Below are positions 58,967 through 64,000 of a stretch of 64,000 bases of DNA, in pieces. Source of the DNA: Eledone cirrhosa (Eukaryota); assembly GCA_964016885.1 (NCBI GenBank), contig OZ024756.1, forward strand, positions 29,140,001 to 29,204,000, given 5' to 3'. How positions within the stretch are numbered: the stretch's first letter is position 1; the number at the start of each line of letters is the position of its first letter. The notes beneath the pieces were generated by a model, which ran no database searches, was not told the DNA's origin, and saw nothing but the letters and a program-made list of their open reading frames with translations. The translations under genes were made by a program, and so were the position numbers.

Positions 58967-59177
58967 TATGTCACTGTTGTAATTAATTATACTAAACTCG
59001 TCCTATGGACTGAGTGCTCTTACTCTTGGATATTTTCACTTAACTTTTACTATATATATATATATATTAATGAAAAAGAACAAAGGAACTATTATGACAT
59101 TATAACAAGTTTATTGCCGACAGCCGTTTCGTCCGACCATATGGTGGGACTTTTCAAGGCATTTACAATCACGTTAT

Positions 59178-59226
59178 ATGCCTTGAAAAGTCCCACCATA
59201 TGGTCGGACGAAACGGCTGTCGGCAA
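59178..59226 (+). ncRNA. Hammerhead motif with U3-A8 core (TTGAAAA)
   Basis: TGCC-TTGAAAA-GTCC...GGAC-GAAAC-GGCT-GTC-GGCA. Confidence 0.8.
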
Positions 59227-59378
59227 TAAACTTGTTATAATGTCATAATAGTTCCTTTGTTCTTTTTCATTAATATTTCTGCTCTGCTTATACGCATAGA
59301 GCTTAACTAGCTACCGTCACATATTTGGTAGGTCAGATGTGATCATCGCGATTCACACACGACCTACCATACATCTTG

Positions 59379-59414
<36 letters not shown>

Positions 59415-59512
59415 ACAATGATTACTTGATGTAATTATATATATAATGTTTCAGCCATAGTTGGAAATAACATTTTTGAATCTATAGAAAAAGAAGAAAA
59501 TAACAAGCTTAC

Positions 59513-59719
59513 CTCCCTCTTTTTAGCTTCGTTCTTCCCATATTTCGGGAACAAATAGGAAAAGATGTTCCCACAACAGCATGCTACATGAACAAAGGGT
59601 CCTTCTTTACCGAGACTGAGACCTGCAGATACAGCAAGCATCATCCCAACTGATTTGATCATTAGGGTCCATTTACCCAAGTAACCTCGGATGATAAACC
59701 CACTTAAAATAGTTTTTAT
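59513..59719 (-). CDS. CLCN3: CLC exon ([17 protein letters not shown]...GKEGP...NEAKKRE)
   Basis: Gating-glutamate motif GKEGP; AG/GTAAG boundaries; 207 nt. Confidence 0.97.
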
Positions 59720-59984
59720 CTACAAAAGAAAAAGAAATAAAATGTCATAAGTGGATGTTAACCCTCTCATTAAAAAAGGCTCTTAAGTAAAATAATGATG
59801 GGAGAATTGTTGACCCTATTTCTAATGAAAGGCAATGCCAATGATTTTCAAGTAATTTTTTTAATAATCAAGAATTTAGAGAGATTTAAAAAAAAAAATT
59901 TATTATTAAGTTTGGAACATAACTTAACAAAGGGTCTTACATAAACTAATGATGGGAGCTTTTTAAGCAAATATAAACACCATG

Positions 59985-60147
59985 ACCTTTTCATTACCAT
60001 GTTTAGGTTTTTAGGTAAATATAAAGATTTTGAACCCTTCATTACCATATTTAGGTTTTTAGGTAAATATAAAGATTTTGAACCTTTCATTACCATATTT
60101 AGGTTTTTAGGTAAATATAAAGATTTTGAACCCTTCATTACCATATT
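59985..60147. repeat. 51-bp tandem repeat, about 3 copies
   Basis: TTCATTACCATATTTAGGTTTTTAGGTAAATATAAAGATTTTGAACC. Confidence 0.85.
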
Positions 60148-60743
60148 TCTAATGAAAGGCGCTGACAATGATTTTCAAGTAATTCTGAAAATATTCAAGA
60201 ATTTGGAAAGCTGTAGAAATATAATTTTCTGGTGTAATGGATTAGCAGAATTAATAGAGTACCAGGCAAAAGACCAAATATACTGGATCTTTACATTCCG
60301 ATTTCAAATCCCATGCCATAAGGCACATGACATTTCATTTGATGCTCTACCGATTCTGCCAATCCACAGCTGTCAAAATGATTTCTAATTGAGGCACAAG
60401 GACAGCAGGTATTTATTTCATGGACGCCCTCTCCCCGCTCCCAGAAACAGACAATGGGAGGTCAACTTCAGTAGGAGTTACACTCAAAAAGTAATGGACC
60501 ATAGCTATATACCACAAAGCATTTTGTCCGACGCTCTAACAATTCAGGAAACAAGGGTTTCTGACTTTAGACATGAGGGCAGTGATTTGCAGGGAGAGCG
60601 AAGTTGATTAAATTGACCCTAGAAGGATAAAAGGACAAAATTAACCTGGGTGGGATTTGAACTCACAATATCGACATGCTAACAATTCTGAAAATAATGT
60701 GAGCAACCAATAACATGGAGGAAAATTCTAAATTGTGACTCAC

Positions 60744-60908
60744 CTCGGGAATACCTGAACCGCAGGCATATGGTGCAAACACGCGCACCAGCATTGCTGC
60801 CAATGCAGCAAGTGTCAGTGCAACAACTACATACAGCATATATTCAACAATATAGGAGCCAGCTCCTTGGCTGTTGGTTATACCAAATAATTTGGCATAG
60901 GTGTACCA
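60744..60908 (-). CDS. CLCN3: CLC-3/4/5-type H+/Cl- exchanger, first exon visible in window (WYTYAK...FAPYACGSGIPE)
   Basis: Manual translation; AG acceptor and GTGAGT donor; GSGIPE selectivity motif; 165 nt, phase 0/0. Confidence 0.95.
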
Positions 60909-60976
60909 CTAGAAATATACAAAAACAAATACATATAAATATATATACATACATATATACAGAGTAGAGAGAGAGA

Positions 60977-61019
<43 letters not shown>

Positions 61020-61279
61020 GGTCGTTTTGGAAGCCTCAACAATGCAGATGGGTAAATCTGCGGGTAACAGAATCAGGTGGTAATGAGAGAGATGTAAGAG
61101 GAAATGTAGAATGAGATGTATAGGGTGTAGAGGAACGTAGGAAAGAGTGTAAAAATAATAACACAAGATAGTGTTTTGGAAGTTATTTAATTGTCCCTAT
61201 ATTTCAGATTTCGCATCCATCATCGAGGGGTTTTTCCGAGATGGAAAGTTATATATACATATATATATATGTGTGTGTG

Positions 61280-61705
61280 TGTCGAACACACGTGGGCATG
61301 CCTACAAATTCAGAAAACAGCACAGCTCCCATGACTTTCGGAAACATTTTTTCACGCTCAGAGTTGCTGAAGCATGGAACAAACCACCTGCATCAGTCGA
61401 GACACTGCATCCTTTAAAACCTCCATGCTTCCTCAGATTCGCCAACACTACACCTGATACAGTGCTCAGGTGCACTACAACTCATCAAAGGTGCATATAT
61501 AAAACATAGAATAATGTTCAAATGTCAGGAAAATGAACAATGTACAAATCATGAAATACACATGCACACGTGTATTTCATGATTTGTACATTGTTCATTT
61601 TCCTGACATTTGAACATTATTCTATGTTTTATATATGCACCTTTGATGAGTTGTAGTGCACCTGAGCACTGTACACAGTAATTTCATTATTATTATTATT
61701 ATCAT
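61280..61705 (+). mobile_element. CR1 3' end fragment with internally inverted 3' UTR
   Basis: TRGHAYKFRKQ...WNKP; palindrome ~61458-61672. Confidence 0.78.
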
Positions 61706-61934
61706 TATATATATATGAAATTAAAAAGTGGAATTAAAGATTCACAATCACCCCCATAATAATGAGCTCAAGGAAAAGATTCCGGGCTCTTTATAAATCT
61801 GCAGTGATTTTAAATCCCCTATGATTGAACACATATCTCAATGTATACTTCTCTCTATATGCTGGTTTATATATATACGTGCCCGTGCCATGGCCTCAGC
61901 CGGATGGTTGGGACAGGTAAAAGGTAAAAGAATA

Positions 61935-64000
61935 TATGTGTGTGAGTGTGTGTGTGTGAGTATGTGTATATATATGGAGGGAGTGAGTGTGTGTGTGTGA
62001 GTATGTGTATATATATGGAGGGAGTGAGTGTGTGTGTGAGTATGTGTATATATATGGAGGGAGTGAGTGTGTGTGTGAGTATGTGTATATATATGGAGTG
62101 AGTGAGTGTGTGTGTGAGTATGTGTATATATATATGGAGGGAGTGAGTGTGTGTGTGAGTATGTGTATATATATGGAGGGAGTGAGTGTGTGTGTGAGTA
62201 TGTGTATATATATGGAGTGAGTGAGTGTGTGTGTGAGTATGTGTATATATATGGAGTGAGTGAGTGTGTGTGTGAGTATGTGTATATATATATGGAGGGA
62301 GTGAGTGTGTGTGTGAGTATGTGTATATATATGGAGGGAGTGAGTGTGTGTGTGAGTATGTGTATATATATGGAGTGAGTGAGTGTGTGTGTGAGTATGT
62401 GTATATATATGGAGGGAGTGAGTGTGTGTGTGAGTATGTGTATATATATGGAGTGAGTGAGTGTGTGTGTGAGTATGTGTATATATATGGAGGGAGTGAG
62501 TGTGTGTGTGAGTATGTGTATATATATGGAGTGAGTGAGTGTGTGTGTGAGTATGTGTATATATATGGAGTGAGTGAGTGTGTGTGTGAGTATGTGTATA
62601 TATATGGAGTGAGTGAGTGTGTGTGTGTGTGAGTATGTGTATATATATGGAGTGAGTGAGTGTGTGTGTGAGTATGTGTATATATATATGGAGGGAGTGA
62701 GTGTGTGTGTGAGTATGTGTATATATATGGAGGGAGTGAGTGTGTGTGTGAGTATGTGTATATATATATGGAGGGAGTGAGTGTGTGTGTGAGTATGTGT
62801 ATATATATGGAGGGAGTGAGTGTGTGTGTGAGTATGTGTATATATATATGGAGGGAGTGAGTGTGTGTGTGTGTGAGTATGTATATATATATGGAGGGAG
62901 TGAGTGTGTGTGTGAGTATGTGTATATATATGGAGGGAGTGAGTGTGTGTGTGAGTATGTGTATATATATGGAGGGAGTGAGTGTGTGTGTGAGTATGTG
63001 TATATATATGGAGTGAGTGAGTGTGTGTGTGAGTATGTGTATATATATGGAGGGAGTGAGTGTGTGTGTGAGTATGTGTATATATATATGGAGGGAGTGA
63101 GTGTGTGTGTGAGTATGTGTATATATATGGAGGGAGTGAGTGTGTGTGTGAGTATGTGTATATATATATGGAGGGAGTGAGTGTGTGTGTGAGTATGTGT
63201 ATATATATGGAGGGAGTGAGTGTGTGTGTGAGTATGTGTATATATATGGAGTGAGTGAGTGTGTGTGTGAGTATGTGTATATATATGGAGGGAGTGAGTG
63301 TGTGTGTGAGTATGTGTATATATATGGAGTGAGTGAGTGTGTGTGTGAGTATGTGTATATATATGGAGTGAGTGAGTGTGTGTGTGAGTATGTGTATATA
63401 TATATGGAGGGAGTGAGTGTGTGTGTGAGTATGTGTATATATATGGAGTGAGTGAGTGTGTGTGTGAGTATGTGTATATATATGGAGTGAGTGAGTGTGT
63501 GTGTGAGTATGTGTATATATATATGGAGGGAGTGAGTGTGTGTGTGAGTATGTGTATATATATGGAGGGAGTGAGTGTGTGTGTGAGTATGTGTATATAT
63601 ATGGAGGGAGTGAGTGTGTGTGTGAGTATGTGTATATATATGGAGGGAGTGAGTGTGTGTGTGAGTATGTGTATATATATGGAGTGAGTGAGTGTGTGTG
63701 TGAGTATGTGTATATATATGGAGGGAGTGAGTGTGTGTGTGAGTATGTGTATATATATATGGAGGGAGTGAGTGTGTGTGTGAGTATGTATATATATATG
63801 GAGGGAGTGAGTGTGTGTGTGAGTATGTGTATATATATGGAGGGAGTGAGTGTGTGTGTGAGTATGTGTATATATATGGAGTGAGTGAGTGTGTGTGTGA
63901 GTATGTGTATATATATGGAGTGAGTGAGTGTGTGTGTGAGTATGTGTATATATATGGAGGGAGTGAGTGTGTGTGTGAGTATGTGTATATATATGGAGTG
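61935..64000. repeat. ~39-bp compound minisatellite running off the window
   Basis: GAGTATGTGTATATATATGGAG(G/T)GAGTGAGTGTGTGTGT with dinucleotide slippage. Confidence 0.95.

Noticed and set aside
59848-60388. ORFs with 17-aa repeats
   Set aside because: Product of a 51-bp intronic tandem repeat
61987-63884. CEYVYIYGGSECV repeat ORFs
   Set aside because: Minisatellite with frequent 2-bp slippage breaking the frame

Overview
AT-rich animal genomic DNA saturated with (TA)n/(CA)n/(GA)n microsatellites; the repeat landscape suggests a cephalopod, probably Octopus (inference). One protein-coding gene is supported: a minus-strand CLC-3/4/5-type 2Cl-/H+ exchanger. Sixteen phase-compatible exons (60908 down to 20399, 1802 nt, about 600 codons) carry GSGIPE, GKEGP, LFSLEE, GLFIP and the CBS domains. 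The 5' exons lie outside the window and the last coding exon was not found. One intron (41116-43096) is U12-type. The most notable structure is a dense set of short non-coding elements inserted in TA microsatellites. They form long palindromes or short tandems with a one-sided tail, and about 18 carry type I hammerhead ribozyme motifs (intact or degenerate, several with variant cores), consistent with Penelope-like pLTR remnants. Also present: RTE, CR1 and R4/Dong LINE fragments, tRNA-derived SINEs, piggyBac/hAT/Tigger/mariner MITEs, a Helitron-like element, a 6.1 kb 29-bp satellite and several minisatellites. Nearly all long ORFs in the supplied track are microsatellite artefacts.
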